From an uncultured Senegalimassilia sp. (GTDB lineage: Bacteria; Actinomycetota; Coriobacteriia; Coriobacteriales; Eggerthellaceae): a stretch of DNA of 64,000 nt. Location of the stretch: positions 19,470 through 83,469 of the forward strand of contig NZ_CAKUAT010000012.1 in the NCBI RefSeq assembly GCF_934636665.1. The letters are read 5' to 3'. Positions 51,217 through 60,396 of this stretch are shown here, one piece after another. The position numbers and the translations under genes were made by a program. The notes under the pieces were generated by a model. The model saw only the letters and a list, made by a program, of their open reading frames with translations, was not told the origin of the DNA and ran no database searches. The first letter of the stretch is position 1; every line of letters starts with the position of its first letter.

Positions 51217-51642
51217 CTAGCACAGCCTGAGCGATTCCCCGAGGTCGTTTCCGCATTCGACCATTTTCAAGCCGGGGATGCGGCGGAACAGGTCGGGCGA
51301 GCACGTGAGCAGGGTGGCGTCGTGGCGCATGGCCATGGCGGCGACGACGATGATGTTCGTGCCCGTGGGCGCGCCTGCCGATTCCAAATGTAAGCGGATG
51401 CGGCAATGCAGGTTGCAGCAGCTGGAATCGTACGGCACCTTTTCGAAGGGCAGCAGGAACTGGCGCACGATTCGCGTGTTGCGCTCGGCATCGCGGCTTT
51501 GCGCGGCGGCGATTAAAAGTTCGGACTCCACGACCACGGGAATGCCGAACCCAGTCGGAGCTATGGAGCGCATCGTCGCAGGTGAAACGGATATATCGCC
51601 GCGCAGCAAGCCAACGCAGGTGCTGGTATCCAAATAGATCAT
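51217..51642 (-). CDS. vapC: PIN-domain toxin VapC
   Basis: MIYLDTSTCVGLL… (conserved N-terminal Asp), PIN-like length; 4-nt overlap with upstream small gene. Confidence 0.7.
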   Translation of the reverse strand: MIYLDTSTCVGLLRGDISVSPATMRSIAPTGFGIPVVVESELLIAAAQSRDAERNTRIVRQFLLPFEKVPYDSSCCNLHCRIRLHLESAGAPTGTNIIVVAAMAMRHDATLLTCSPDLFRRIPGLKMVECGNDLGESLRLC

Positions 51643-51872
51643 CGCACGTGCCCCGCTTCCGCATCCAGCTTGCTCACGATGCGCACAGGCGTCTGGAACG
51701 TGTCGTCGTCGATGCTGCCGAACAGGCGCTCGAAGCCTGGCGGCCACTCGCTCACCGCAGCGTTGCGGATCAGCTCGGCAGCGCATTTCGAAAGCGATTT
51801 CCCGCCTGCTTGCGCCATGTCGCGCAAGGCGGCCATGGTCTCATCGTCCAAATACAAAGACAACTGCGACAT
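51639..51872 (-). CDS. vapB: VapB-type antitoxin
   Basis: MSQLSLYLDDETMAALRDMAQAGGKSLSKCAAELIRN (RHH/CopG-like); coupled to vapC. Confidence 0.6.
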   Translation of the reverse strand: MSQLSLYLDDETMAALRDMAQAGGKSLSKCAAELIRNAAVSEWPPGFERLFGSIDDDTFQTPVRIVSKLDAEAGHVR

Positions 51873-52036
51873 GCTTCCCCCTCTCGACGCCCCGGCGGTT
51901 TTGCCGCTGCGCGTGAAACGTTGCAAGCAGCATAGCCGAAGCGCGCGAGCCGAAGCGCGTAGGACGCGCAAAGCGCAGAAACTTCCCCGAGCTCGTATTG
52001 CGGTCAGGTGGTCGAATCGCGCCGCGAATGTGTGCT

Positions 52037-52185
52037 GCCGCCTGAAACTCGATACGTTTGTGTTTTAACTCGCTAAGGCCAAGTAGCGTAGTGGATGGCT
52101 CTAGCGTCCCCCCAGGTCAAAAGCATGTGCAAAAAAACGATAGAAACCTGATAGCCAGCAAAACACAAACGTATCGAGTTTTCGA
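52037..52185. promoter_or_regulatory. pair of 22-bp inverted repeats (aaactcgatacgtttgtgtttt / aaaacacaaacgtatcgagttt) ~100 bp apart, upstream of the reductase operon
   Basis: Direct reading at 52037-52058 and 52164-52185. Confidence 0.4.
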
Positions 52186-52394
52186 TCGCTGAGGGCAAAA
52201 GAACGGGGCGGGCCCTGCTGCGAGGGTTGCGCCTGCTTGCTTTGCGCGCATCCAAGTACAAAAGCAAGTACAGCCTAGCGGGGTACGCCGGGCGCCCGTA
52301 GAGTGCTTTTTGGCTTTGCGAGCGGCTTTTCGGGATGGCGAAACTCCCGCACGCACGCGGGGCTGAGGAAGGTTCTTTGGAGAGGAGAGAAACT

Positions 52395-54038
52395 ATGGAA
52401 GCAAAGGGAAAGGCCACGTCGCGCCGAAATTTCCTGAAGCTCGGCGGCATTTCCGCGCTGGGCGCGTTGAGCGCCGGCGCGCTTTCCGCGTGCGGCTATC
52501 AAGAGTACACGCCTTATGCCGACGGCGCCGTCGGCGTTGCGGGCAACGGCTCCACCACCGCCAGCGGGCTGCCGTCGTTCATGCAGGCGCCCGAGCCTAT
52601 CGCAAAGGTCGCCGAAACCGTTGATTGCGACGTGCTGGTCATCGGCGCCGGTGCGGCAGGCACCCCGGCGGCGCTGTCCGCGTCGGAAAACGGTGCGAAG
52701 GTGGTACTGCTGCAGAAGGAGCGTACGGCCATGTCGCACGGCAATTCCGCGGCAGGTTTGAACCTGGGCAAATGCGATCCGGCGGGCATCGAGCACTTGA
52801 TCTCGCTGGTGGTGAAGGCGAACCAGCACCGTTCGCATCGCGAGCTGGTCAGCAACTGGGCCTACAATTCCGGCGAGGCGCTGCACTGGTGCATCGACCG
52901 CATCAAGTCCGTCGACGGCCCCGTGTCCGATGACGGCAATCGCCAGCAAACCGCCACGCTCAACATCAACGGTTTCAAACTGGACTACGTCACGGCTTTC
53001 TTCGGCCCCAAGCCCTTCACCACCGGCGATGCCATGCAGTCGCTGGCGAAGGTGGCGGCCGCAAAAGGCGTGGATATCCGCTATTCCACGCCGGCGCGCC
53101 AGCTGGTCACCGACAAGTCCGGTGCGGTCACAGGTGCGATCGCTCAGCGTGAAGATGGCGAATATGTGCAGGTCAACGCCAAGAATGGCGTGATCATCGC
53201 GACGGGTGACTATTCCAATGACAACGAGATGGTGGACTACTACATCCCCGACTTGCACAACTTCGAGCGCAAGCAGAACAATCAGACCGGCGACGGCCAC
53301 AAGATGGGCATGTGGGTTGGCGCGGCCATGGAGCACATCGGCCATACCAAGATGCTGCACGACTTCGACGCCGGCCCGGCTTCCATGTGCGACATGCCGT
53401 TTTTGGCGGTGGCCGACAACACCGGCAAGCGCTTTGTCGACGAGACCGTGGAGATGAGCCTGCTGAACAATTACCTGCCCGATGGCAAGCACCCCGGCTG
53501 GTATTCCCAGGTCTTCGACGCGAACTACATGACCGACGCCGCCGCCTGGACGGGCAAGCTGGTCGACCCCGAGGGCCTGCGCGTGTACATGCCCGAGGAG
53601 GACGTCGAGCGCAAGGGCGTGTTTGCCGACCAGGTGCGCACGTTCAAGGCCGACACGCTCGAGGAGCTGGCGGTGAAGATCGGCCAGGATCCGGCGACGT
53701 TCGTGAAGACGGTCGAGGACTACAACACCTTGTGCGAAGCGGGCGCCGACACCGAGTTCGGCAAGGATCCGAAGTATCTGATCCCCGTCAAGCAGGCGCC
53801 GTTCTACGGCATCCATCGCCGCATGCGCTGCTCCACCATTTGCGCAGGTCTCGAGGTCAACGGCGAGAACCAGGCGCTCACGGCCGAGGGCGAGCCGATC
53901 GAGGGCCTGTACGTCATCGGCAACTGCGCCGGTAACTTCTATGGCGGCGTTGATTACCCGTTGGATATCTACGGGCTGTCGCTGGGCCGTTGCGTGACCG
54001 CCGGCTACGTGACCGGCCGTGCATTGGCGCAAAAGTAG
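52395..54038 (+). CDS. Tat-exported FAD-binding flavoprotein reductase (fumarate reductase/urocanate reductase flavoprotein family; Cgr2-like paralogue)
   Basis: Twin-arginine signal SRRNFLKLGGISALGA; dinucleotide-binding DVLVIGAGAAG; C-terminal GLYVIGNCAG; start at MEAKGK after GGAGAGGAGAG. Confidence 0.85.
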   Translation: MEAKGKATSRRNFLKLGGISALGALSAGALSACGYQEYTPYADGAVGVAGNGSTTASGLPSFMQAPEPIAKVAETVDCDVLVIGAGAAGTPAALSASENGAKVVLLQKERTAMSHGNSAAGLNLGKCDPAGIEHLISLVVKANQHRSHRELVSNWAYNSGEALHWCIDRIKSVDGPVSDDGNRQQTATLNINGFKLDYVTAFFGPKPFTTGDAMQSLAKVAAAKGVDIRYSTPARQLVTDKSGAVTGAIAQREDGEYVQVNAKNGVIIATGDYSNDNEMVDYYIPDLHNFERKQNNQTGDGHKMGMWVGAAMEHIGHTKMLHDFDAGPASMCDMPFLAVADNTGKRFVDETVEMSLLNNYLPDGKHPGWYSQVFDANYMTDAAAWTGKLVDPEGLRVYMPEEDVERKGVFADQVRTFKADTLEELAVKIGQDPATFVKTVEDYNTLCEAGADTEFGKDPKYLIPVKQAPFYGIHRRMRCSTICAGLEVNGENQALTAEGEPIEGLYVIGNCAGNFYGGVDYPLDIYGLSLGRCVTAGYVTGRALAQK

Positions 54039-54137
54039 CAGACACGACGGGGTATACCCGCCTGACCTGCGGTTTCCGATGATGTGAACAGTGAACGGGA
54101 GCGCGCAACACACCCGTTTCGCGAAAGGATGACGAAA

Positions 54138-54809
54138 ATGAGTGACAACACCGAGAAGGCCGGCGCCACGGCCGAGCCCGCGCCGAAGAAGGGCGGCGCC
54201 AAGCGCGGCCGCATCGTGGCCGCCGTGGTGGTCGCGGTGATCATCGTGGCCGGCTGCGGCATGTTCGCCTGGCATAACAGCCCCAGCTTCTGCGGGACCG
54301 TGTGCCACACGCCCATGAGCAAGTACGTTGCCGATTTCGAGGCCGGGCCGGTCGACGGCGGCAGCACCGCTATGCTGGCAGCCTATCACGGCGCCGACGC
54401 GGATATGAACTGCCTGAGCTGCCACGAGGCCAAGATCGACGAGCAGGTGACCGAGGGCATGAGCTGGGTTTCCGGCAACTACAACTTCGATTCCGACACG
54501 CAGGTGCTCGAGAGCCGTTCCGGCGAGCTGCCGACGGCCGAGTTCTGCCTGAAGAGCGGCTGCCACGATAGCATCAACACCGTCGACGACTTGACCGCCG
54601 CCACGGCAGATCGCGAGTTCAACCCGCATGATTGGAGCCAGCACGGCGTTGTGGCCTGCGGAAACTGCCACAAGGCCCACGAGACCAGCGAGTTCTACTG
54701 CACGCAGTGCCACCTGGATGCCACGTACTCCAGCGTGCCAAACGGCTGGAACGTCGTCATCGACGGCACCACCTACAAGATGAACAACGGCCAGCTGGTC
54801 GAGCAGTAA
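54138..54809 (+). CDS. membrane-anchored multihaem cytochrome c (NapC/NirT/Cgr1-like), 5 haem motifs incl. one CX4CH
   Basis: N-terminal TM helix; CGTVCH, CLSCH, CLKSGCH, CGNCH, CTQCH. Confidence 0.85.
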   Translation: MSDNTEKAGATAEPAPKKGGAKRGRIVAAVVVAVIIVAGCGMFAWHNSPSFCGTVCHTPMSKYVADFEAGPVDGGSTAMLAAYHGADADMNCLSCHEAKIDEQVTEGMSWVSGNYNFDSDTQVLESRSGELPTAEFCLKSGCHDSINTVDDLTAATADREFNPHDWSQHGVVACGNCHKAHETSEFYCTQCHLDATYSSVPNGWNVVIDGTTYKMNNGQLVEQ

Positions 54810-54898
54810 GCGAGCAGCAGGGAAGCGATAAGCAAGCGATAAACGAGCAGGTAGCGGCTTCAAGGGCCACGCGCTAGCCGAAGTTTTGCGAGCAGGAA

Positions 54899-54928
54899 GC
54901 GGGTCGCGTCTTGGACGCGGCCCGCTTT
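54899..54928 (+). terminator. GC-rich stem-loop gcgggtcgcgtc-ttg-gacgcggcccgc + tttgcg after the cytochrome gene
   Basis: Direct reading. Confidence 0.45.
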
Positions 54929-55188
54929 GCGTTGCCGGGAGCGCCGGCGAGGGTGTGGGCTTACGCTAGCGGTTGTGATTCGCGAAAAGTCGGTCGCGAC
55001 CGGCGGCGAGGCCCCGGACGCCGGCGGGGCGGAGCGGCGCGGGCTTGCGCTAGCGGTTGCGATTCGCAAGAAGGCCGCAGGTGGTGATGGGGTCGCGACC
55101 GGCGGCGAGGCCCCGGACGCCGGTGATATCGCGTAAAGGCTGCTTGCTACGGAGGGGCGCTGGCGACAGCGGACGTAGGGCGCTCCCG

Positions 55189-56244
55189 CTAGCTCACGCA
55201 CGCCACGTGCAGGACGTCGCCGTCCACGGTGAAGGCGACGTCCAAGCCCGCGTAGGTCAGGTGGTAGACGCGGGTCGGCTCGTGTTTACTGCCAGCGCGG
55301 CGCGGGTCCTGGCGCAGCACCTCCGTCAGGCCGGGCAGCTTGCCGGCGGGCACTTCGGCCTGCAGCTGCTCGGGAAAGTCCACGTCAAGCTCGTGCCAGG
55401 GCGCGTCCTCTATCCATCCGCCGCACGCGTCGGGGTGGCAGTCGGCGAAGGGGATGTAGGGCTTGATGTCGTAGATGGGCGTGCCGTCGCGCAGGTCCGC
55501 GCCGAGCACGTGGATGACAGGGCCGGCGTCGGTGAGCTCCACGCGATCGAGCTTCACGCACGTCAGCCCGATGGGGTTCGGGCGGAACGGGCTGCGCGTG
55601 GCGAACACCCCCACGCGCTCGGCGCCGCCCAGCCGCGGCGGCCGCACAGTAGGCGACCAGCGCGCGGGTTTGCGGGAGGCGGCGGTGTTTGCGCTGGTGG
55701 CGGGGGCGGTTTTGCTTCTTTCCGCCCCTGCGCCCACTCGCTCGCCGCTGGCGATATCGGCGACGGGCGTATTCTCCCTTGCCGGGGCGGAGGCGGATTC
55801 GATGGCGTTTCCGGATCCGCTGTCTTTGGCAGCGATTTCGGTCTTGCAAGCGGCGGTACCGGGGGCGGCGATGATTGCGGTCTTGTTAGCCGCTGCGCCT
55901 TTCGATGCGCTGTCGCTGGCAATATCGCCGGCGCCTCCGGCAGCGGCCGTTTCGCTGCCGACGCTATCGGACGTTCCCTTTCCCTTTACGATAGGGGCTT
56001 CGGCCTCGCTCCCGCTCACCCGCCCGCCGGCGGCGACGTCGGCGGCGCCTCCGCCGGGTTCGCCGTTCTCGAAACGCCAGAGCAGCCACAGATGCGAGAA
56101 GCTGTCGATCCCGGCAACGGCGCTGTTCAGCGCGTATTCCGGCTCGAACACGATACGTCCTTGCAAATGCGGCGCAAGGAAGCTGTTGCGGGGGATGCCG
56201 AACTTCTGCGGCAAATCGGTATGTATGTGAGCGATAGGTTTCAT
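55189..56244 (-). CDS. TsaA/TrmO(YaeB)-family tRNA methyltransferase-like protein with a ~150-aa Ala/Gly/Ser-rich low-complexity insertion
   Basis: MKPIAHIHTDLPQKFGIPRNS…FSHLWLLWRF (N-half) and C-half …NPIGLTCVKLDRVEL… separated by a repetitive linker. Confidence 0.6.
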   Translation of the reverse strand: MKPIAHIHTDLPQKFGIPRNSFLAPHLQGRIVFEPEYALNSAVAGIDSFSHLWLLWRFENGEPGGGAADVAAGGRVSGSEAEAPIVKGKGTSDSVGSETAAAGGAGDIASDSASKGAAANKTAIIAAPGTAACKTEIAAKDSGSGNAIESASAPARENTPVADIASGERVGAGAERSKTAPATSANTAASRKPARWSPTVRPPRLGGAERVGVFATRSPFRPNPIGLTCVKLDRVELTDAGPVIHVLGADLRDGTPIYDIKPYIPFADCHPDACGGWIEDAPWHELDVDFPEQLQAEVPAGKLPGLTEVLRQDPRRAGSKHEPTRVYHLTYAGLDVAFTVDGDVLHVACVS

Positions 56245-56389
56245 GCGCGCTATTGTATCGCGGCGCGCTGCGCCCGGCCGCGCCGCTCGCCGAAGGGTTC
56301 GCGGCATTTGCGTTGGATTCTGCCGGCATTTACTACTATGAAAGTATCAAATGCGGCGCCTGGCGCTGCACTCGGCGAAGGAGGCATTC

Positions 56390-56920
56390 ATGGCGGATTC
56401 GAAGCGGCTGTTGGCGGATGCGCTCACGGGCCTGATGGAATGCAAGCCGCTCGACCAGGTGCGCGTGGCCGAGATCGCCGCCGCGGCCGGCGTGAGCAAG
56501 CAGACCTTCTATCACCACTTCTCCGACAAGTATCACCTGATGGAGTACTGTTTCCGCGACATGTTCGCCGCCCCTTTCGAGCGGATGGGGACGCTTGCGC
56601 CCTTCGACGAGTGCTACATCGAGTTCCTCCAGCTGTGCCATGAGCGCAAGACGTTTTTGCGCAACGCCTTCACCTCCCAGGACGTGAACAGCCTGTACCG
56701 CGTGATGCACCATGCGCTGCGCGACGCGTACGGCCGGCGCGTGCGCGTGTTCGGCGTGCTCGATGAGGGGGAAATGGGGTTTTGCCTGGACTTCTTCTCG
56801 AAAGGCTGCGCAGGCTGCACGCGCCATTGGTTCGACCAGGGCATGGACTTCGAGGACGCCGAGTTGGTAGGCCTCATCCGCCAGTGCATCCCCGTAGGGG
56901 TTGCAAGGTTTTTCGAGTAG
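56390..56920 (+). CDS. TetR/AcrR-family transcriptional regulator
   Basis: N-terminal HTH VRVAEIAAAAGVSKQTFYHHFSDK. Confidence 0.8.
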   Translation: MADSKRLLADALTGLMECKPLDQVRVAEIAAAAGVSKQTFYHHFSDKYHLMEYCFRDMFAAPFERMGTLAPFDECYIEFLQLCHERKTFLRNAFTSQDVNSLYRVMHHALRDAYGRRVRVFGVLDEGEMGFCLDFFSKGCAGCTRHWFDQGMDFEDAELVGLIRQCIPVGVARFFE

Positions 56921-56968
56921 CCGGCCCTCCGTGGGCATTCCGTTGTCGCCTGTGTAGCCGACGCCCCT

Positions 56969-56997
56969 CGTGAACAGGGGACGGAGGTGCGTTCACG
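56969..56997. repeat. single-unit copy of the palindromic element (cgtgaac-aggggacggaggtgc-gttcacg) after the TetR gene
   Basis: Direct reading. Confidence 0.7.
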
Positions 56998-57115
56998 CGC
57001 GGATCGTGCGAGCATTTCCACAGCCCTCTTTGCGCGTGCTATACCCGGGGCTGATTGCCGCCGCCGGTCGACTTCTGGACCGTTTCGCAGGTTTTGGCCC
57101 TCGTTTTCCCTCTGA

Positions 57116-57252
57116 AAACGCACTTCTGGGTGGTTTTCCGCGTCATTTTTCGCGTTCGCCAAATATGTCGCAAGAAAACCCCTGTTCAGGAAAATCCCAA
57201 TCATACGCTTATGATTTTGCAGCCTGCAAAACCGCCCAGAAGTCGCGGGGGT
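57116..57252. repeat. inverted pair of the caaaaccgcccagaagtcg motif (57116-57137 reverse, 57222-57252 forward)
   Basis: Same motif family as 40884-41360. Confidence 0.6.
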
Positions 57253-57569
57253 GCGGTTAGCGGGGGCATGAACACGCCCTCAGCACGAAACTACGCGGCA
57301 AACAAGTTGACGAAATATCAGAAAAGTAAAGCGCACCCTTTACAAAACACCGCTTAGGTCCATTCCTCCCACAATTCACGCTTCCTATAATCCTCCCTCG
57401 TAGGGTCGAGCGCGCATAGGGCGTTTGCTCGAGGCGCCCGCGAAGCTTCGCGCTTTCGCCGGGGCGCACGTTGCCCGCCTGCTCCGAAGGGGGCTGCGAA
57501 CCGACGCGCCGAATCGCGTTGTCACTGCGGCAAAACAGCAGGCAGGCGCAAGCGAGAGGAAGGAACAAC

Positions 57570-59354
57570 ATGGACAAATCCGGAATCAGCCGCCGTAGCT
57601 TCCTGACCGGTGCCGCTGCCATCAGCGCGGCGCTTGCCGGCGCGGGCCTGACGGGCTGCGCTCCGAAGGTGGTCGGCGTTGCGGGCGGTGCCGCAGGCGC
57701 GGCCGGCTCGGGCAACGGCCAGACGATGGGCTTCGACGGAACGGGCGCCATGCCGTGGCTCGGCGAGGCGCCGTCTATCTCCGACAGCGACGTGGCCGAG
57801 ACGCTCGATGCAGACGTCGTGGTCGTGGGCCTTGGCTGCGCGGGCGTTCCCGCAACGCGCGCGGCTGCCGAAGCCGGCGCGAAGGTCATCGCCATCGAGG
57901 CGTCCGCCCAGCTCAACAGCGTGGCCAGCGACATGGCCATCCTGGGCGGCGAGACCATGGCCAAGTGGGAGCGCGGCGACGGCTTCCTGGACAAGCGCAT
58001 GGTGGTCAACATGCACATGGAGGAGGGGAGCCACCACTCGAACTTCGGCATCATCAGCCGTTATTGCGACGAGTCGGGCAAGGCGCTCGACTGGTTCGTC
58101 AAGGGGTGCCCGGACATGTACATCGCATCCGAAAGCTACGAGGAGGTCCCCGAGGCCAACCGCGCCCACTACCTGTACCCGTACTTCTATCCCATGCTGG
58201 AAACGTACGACTACACGAAAGAGGACATGCCGTGCTACCCCACGTCGGTGGGTTTCTCCAGCCTGGCCACGGCCATGGCCGATAACCTCAAGCGCGCCCA
58301 GGAGGCCGGCGCCGAGGTTCGCTACAACACGAAGGGCGTGAAGCTCATCACGGCCGATGACGGCAGCATCGCGGGCATCTACGCGCAGGACACCAGCGCG
58401 GGCAAGTACCTGAAGATCAACGCGAAAAGCGTCATCCTGGCCACGGGCGACTATCTGGCCAACGAGGACATGATGAAGTACTTCGCCCCCGCGTGCATCG
58501 AGAACGGCAACCAGATCCTGTCGCTGGACCTGGACGCGCAGGGCAACTACACCAACGTCGGCGACGGCCACAAGATGGGCGTGTGGGCCGGCGCGGCGGT
58601 GGAGCAGTGGCATGCGCCGATGATCCACCACATGGGCGGCGGCGCCGGCTCCGACGGCCGCGGCGTCATCGGCAACAACGGCTTTCTGTGGCTGAACCTC
58701 CACGGCAAGCGCTTCATGAACGAGGACGTGCCTGTTCAGCAGCTTGAGAACCAGGTGGAGCTCCAGCCGCAGCGCAAGGCCTACCAGTTCTTCGACAGCT
58801 CCTGGCCCGAACAGCTCAAGTACTTCCCGGCCGCCCACGGCATCGCCTGCATCTACAAGGACGAGGCGCTGCCGGACTGGACGCCGTCGGGCCTGAAGAT
58901 CAACGTGCGCTGCCCGGCCGACATCGAGGCCGCCGTGGCCGAGGGCCGCTGCCTGAAGGCCGACACCATCGACGAGCTGCTGGCGAAGATCGACGGCATG
59001 AACGCCCAGGTGGCGAAGGAGTCCATCGAGCGCTACAACCAGCTGGCGAAGGCCGGCTCCGACGAGGACTTCGGCAAGAGCAGCCAGCGCATGTTCGCCC
59101 TGGAGAACGGCCCGTTCTACGCCGCCGAGTGCGGCGTGGCGCTCACGTTGGCGAACCTGGGCGGCCTGGAATCCGACAGCGACTGCCACGTGTACAACAC
59201 CGAGCGCGAGGTGATCTCCGGCCTGTACGCGGCCGGCGCCCCGCAGGGCGGCCGCTTCAACGTGCAGTACCCCATCTCGCTCAAGGGCCTGTCCGCCGGC
59301 ATGTGCATGGTGTTCGGCAAAATCGCAGGCGAGAACGCCGCGGCGGGCAAGTAG
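57570..59354 (+). CDS. second Tat-exported FAD-binding flavoprotein reductase (paralogue of 52395..54038)
   Basis: SRRSFLTGAAAISAALAGA Tat signal; VVVVGLGCAGVPA dinucleotide fold; conserved GDGHKMG(M/V)W(V/A)GAA block shared with paralogue. Confidence 0.85.
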   Translation: MDKSGISRRSFLTGAAAISAALAGAGLTGCAPKVVGVAGGAAGAAGSGNGQTMGFDGTGAMPWLGEAPSISDSDVAETLDADVVVVGLGCAGVPATRAAAEAGAKVIAIEASAQLNSVASDMAILGGETMAKWERGDGFLDKRMVVNMHMEEGSHHSNFGIISRYCDESGKALDWFVKGCPDMYIASESYEEVPEANRAHYLYPYFYPMLETYDYTKEDMPCYPTSVGFSSLATAMADNLKRAQEAGAEVRYNTKGVKLITADDGSIAGIYAQDTSAGKYLKINAKSVILATGDYLANEDMMKYFAPACIENGNQILSLDLDAQGNYTNVGDGHKMGVWAGAAVEQWHAPMIHHMGGGAGSDGRGVIGNNGFLWLNLHGKRFMNEDVPVQQLENQVELQPQRKAYQFFDSSWPEQLKYFPAAHGIACIYKDEALPDWTPSGLKINVRCPADIEAAVAEGRCLKADTIDELLAKIDGMNAQVAKESIERYNQLAKAGSDEDFGKSSQRMFALENGPFYAAECGVALTLANLGGLESDSDCHVYNTEREVISGLYAAGAPQGGRFNVQYPISLKGLSAGMCMVFGKIAGENAAAGK

Positions 59355-59363
59355 GAGGCTGCC

Positions 59364-60131
59364 ATGACCGGTAAGAACAAGGTTACGGAAACCGTTTCCG
59401 CAGATGAGAAGGTTGATGGCGCGAGTGCGGGCGCGGCTGGCGCAGCGGGCGCGACCCCGTCGCCCAAGCGTGGACGCCGCAAGGTGACGGCGGTCGTGGC
59501 CACCGTGGCCGTGGTGCTGATGGCGGCGGGCGCGGGCTTCATGGTCTGGCATGATTCGCCCAGCTTCTGCAACGCGATCTGCCACACGCCCATGGACGGC
59601 TACCTGACCACCTACGAGTCCACGCCGGGCGAGGCCGCCACGGACAAGTGGGGCAACCAGGTCGCCGACGCGTCCAGCATGCTGGCGCCGGTGCACGCCC
59701 AGGAGGGCATCACGTGCGTGGGCTGCCACGTGCCGCAGATGTCCGAGCAGGTCACCGAGGGTTTTGGCTGGCTGACCGGCAGCTACAGCGTCGTGCAGAC
59801 CGCTGACGAGCGCTTCGTGCCTGAGGAGAAGTCGCTGTCCGACCTGACCGCGGCGCGCGGCATCGCCAGCGAGGCGTTCTGCCTGAACTCTGGCTGCCAC
59901 GTCAACGACGACGGCTCCAACATGACGCGCGACGACCTGGCGGAGAAGACCAGCTACATGAAGCGCAACCCGCACGTGCAGGAGCACGGCGAGGTCGCCT
60001 GCAGCGAGTGCCACAAGGCGCACCGCGCATCCACCGTGTACTGCAGCAAGTGCCACAGCGACGCCACCATCCCCGATGGCTGGATCAGCTACAAGGAAGC
60101 CGAGGCCCTAGAGCCCACGGCAGTCGAGTAG
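59364..60131 (+). CDS. second membrane-anchored multihaem cytochrome c (5 motifs incl. CX4CH)
   Basis: CNAICH, CVGCH, CLNSGCH, CSECH, CSKCH; N-terminal TM helix. Confidence 0.85.
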   Translation: MTGKNKVTETVSADEKVDGASAGAAGAAGATPSPKRGRRKVTAVVATVAVVLMAAGAGFMVWHDSPSFCNAICHTPMDGYLTTYESTPGEAATDKWGNQVADASSMLAPVHAQEGITCVGCHVPQMSEQVTEGFGWLTGSYSVVQTADERFVPEEKSLSDLTAARGIASEAFCLNSGCHVNDDGSNMTRDDLAEKTSYMKRNPHVQEHGEVACSECHKAHRASTVYCSKCHSDATIPDGWISYKEAEALEPTAVE

Positions 60132-60178
60132 GGAAGAAGCGCGCCGCCGAGCGTGCTGTGAGCCCACCCCGCTTGCAA

Positions 60179-60211
60179 GCCCCTGCCGGGATTCTCGGCA
60201 GGGGCTTTTTG
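60179..60211 (+). terminator. rho-independent terminator gcccctgccg-ggattctc-ggcaggggc-ttttt
   Basis: Perfect 10-bp stem plus U-tract. Confidence 0.7.
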
Positions 60212-60217
60212 CTGCCA

Positions 60218-60246
60218 GGCGAACAGGGGACGGAGGTGCGTTCGCG
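60218..60246. repeat. single-unit copy of the palindromic element (gcgaac-aggggacggaggtgc-gttcgc)
   Basis: Direct reading. Confidence 0.7.
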
Positions 60247-60396
60247 CTCATTCACCTTTGCCATCTAATCGTTACCGTGAGCGTTGCGATTTCTCCGGTA
60301 AACGGCGGGCTTTAGCGTTACACTGACTGCAGCTGTAACGCTGCGGGCTTCGCCAAGGGGAACTGCTGAGTCCGCTCATGTAAAGGGGGTGCCGCC

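Noticed and set aside
52275-54863. 862-aa ORF antisense to the first flavoprotein/cytochrome operon; likewise 57522..60056- (844 aa) and 60376..61860- (494 aa) antisense to the second operon and the ADH gene
   Set aside because: Sense-strand products carry FAD-binding, Tat, CXXCH and Fe-ADH motifs; antisense translations are low-complexity.
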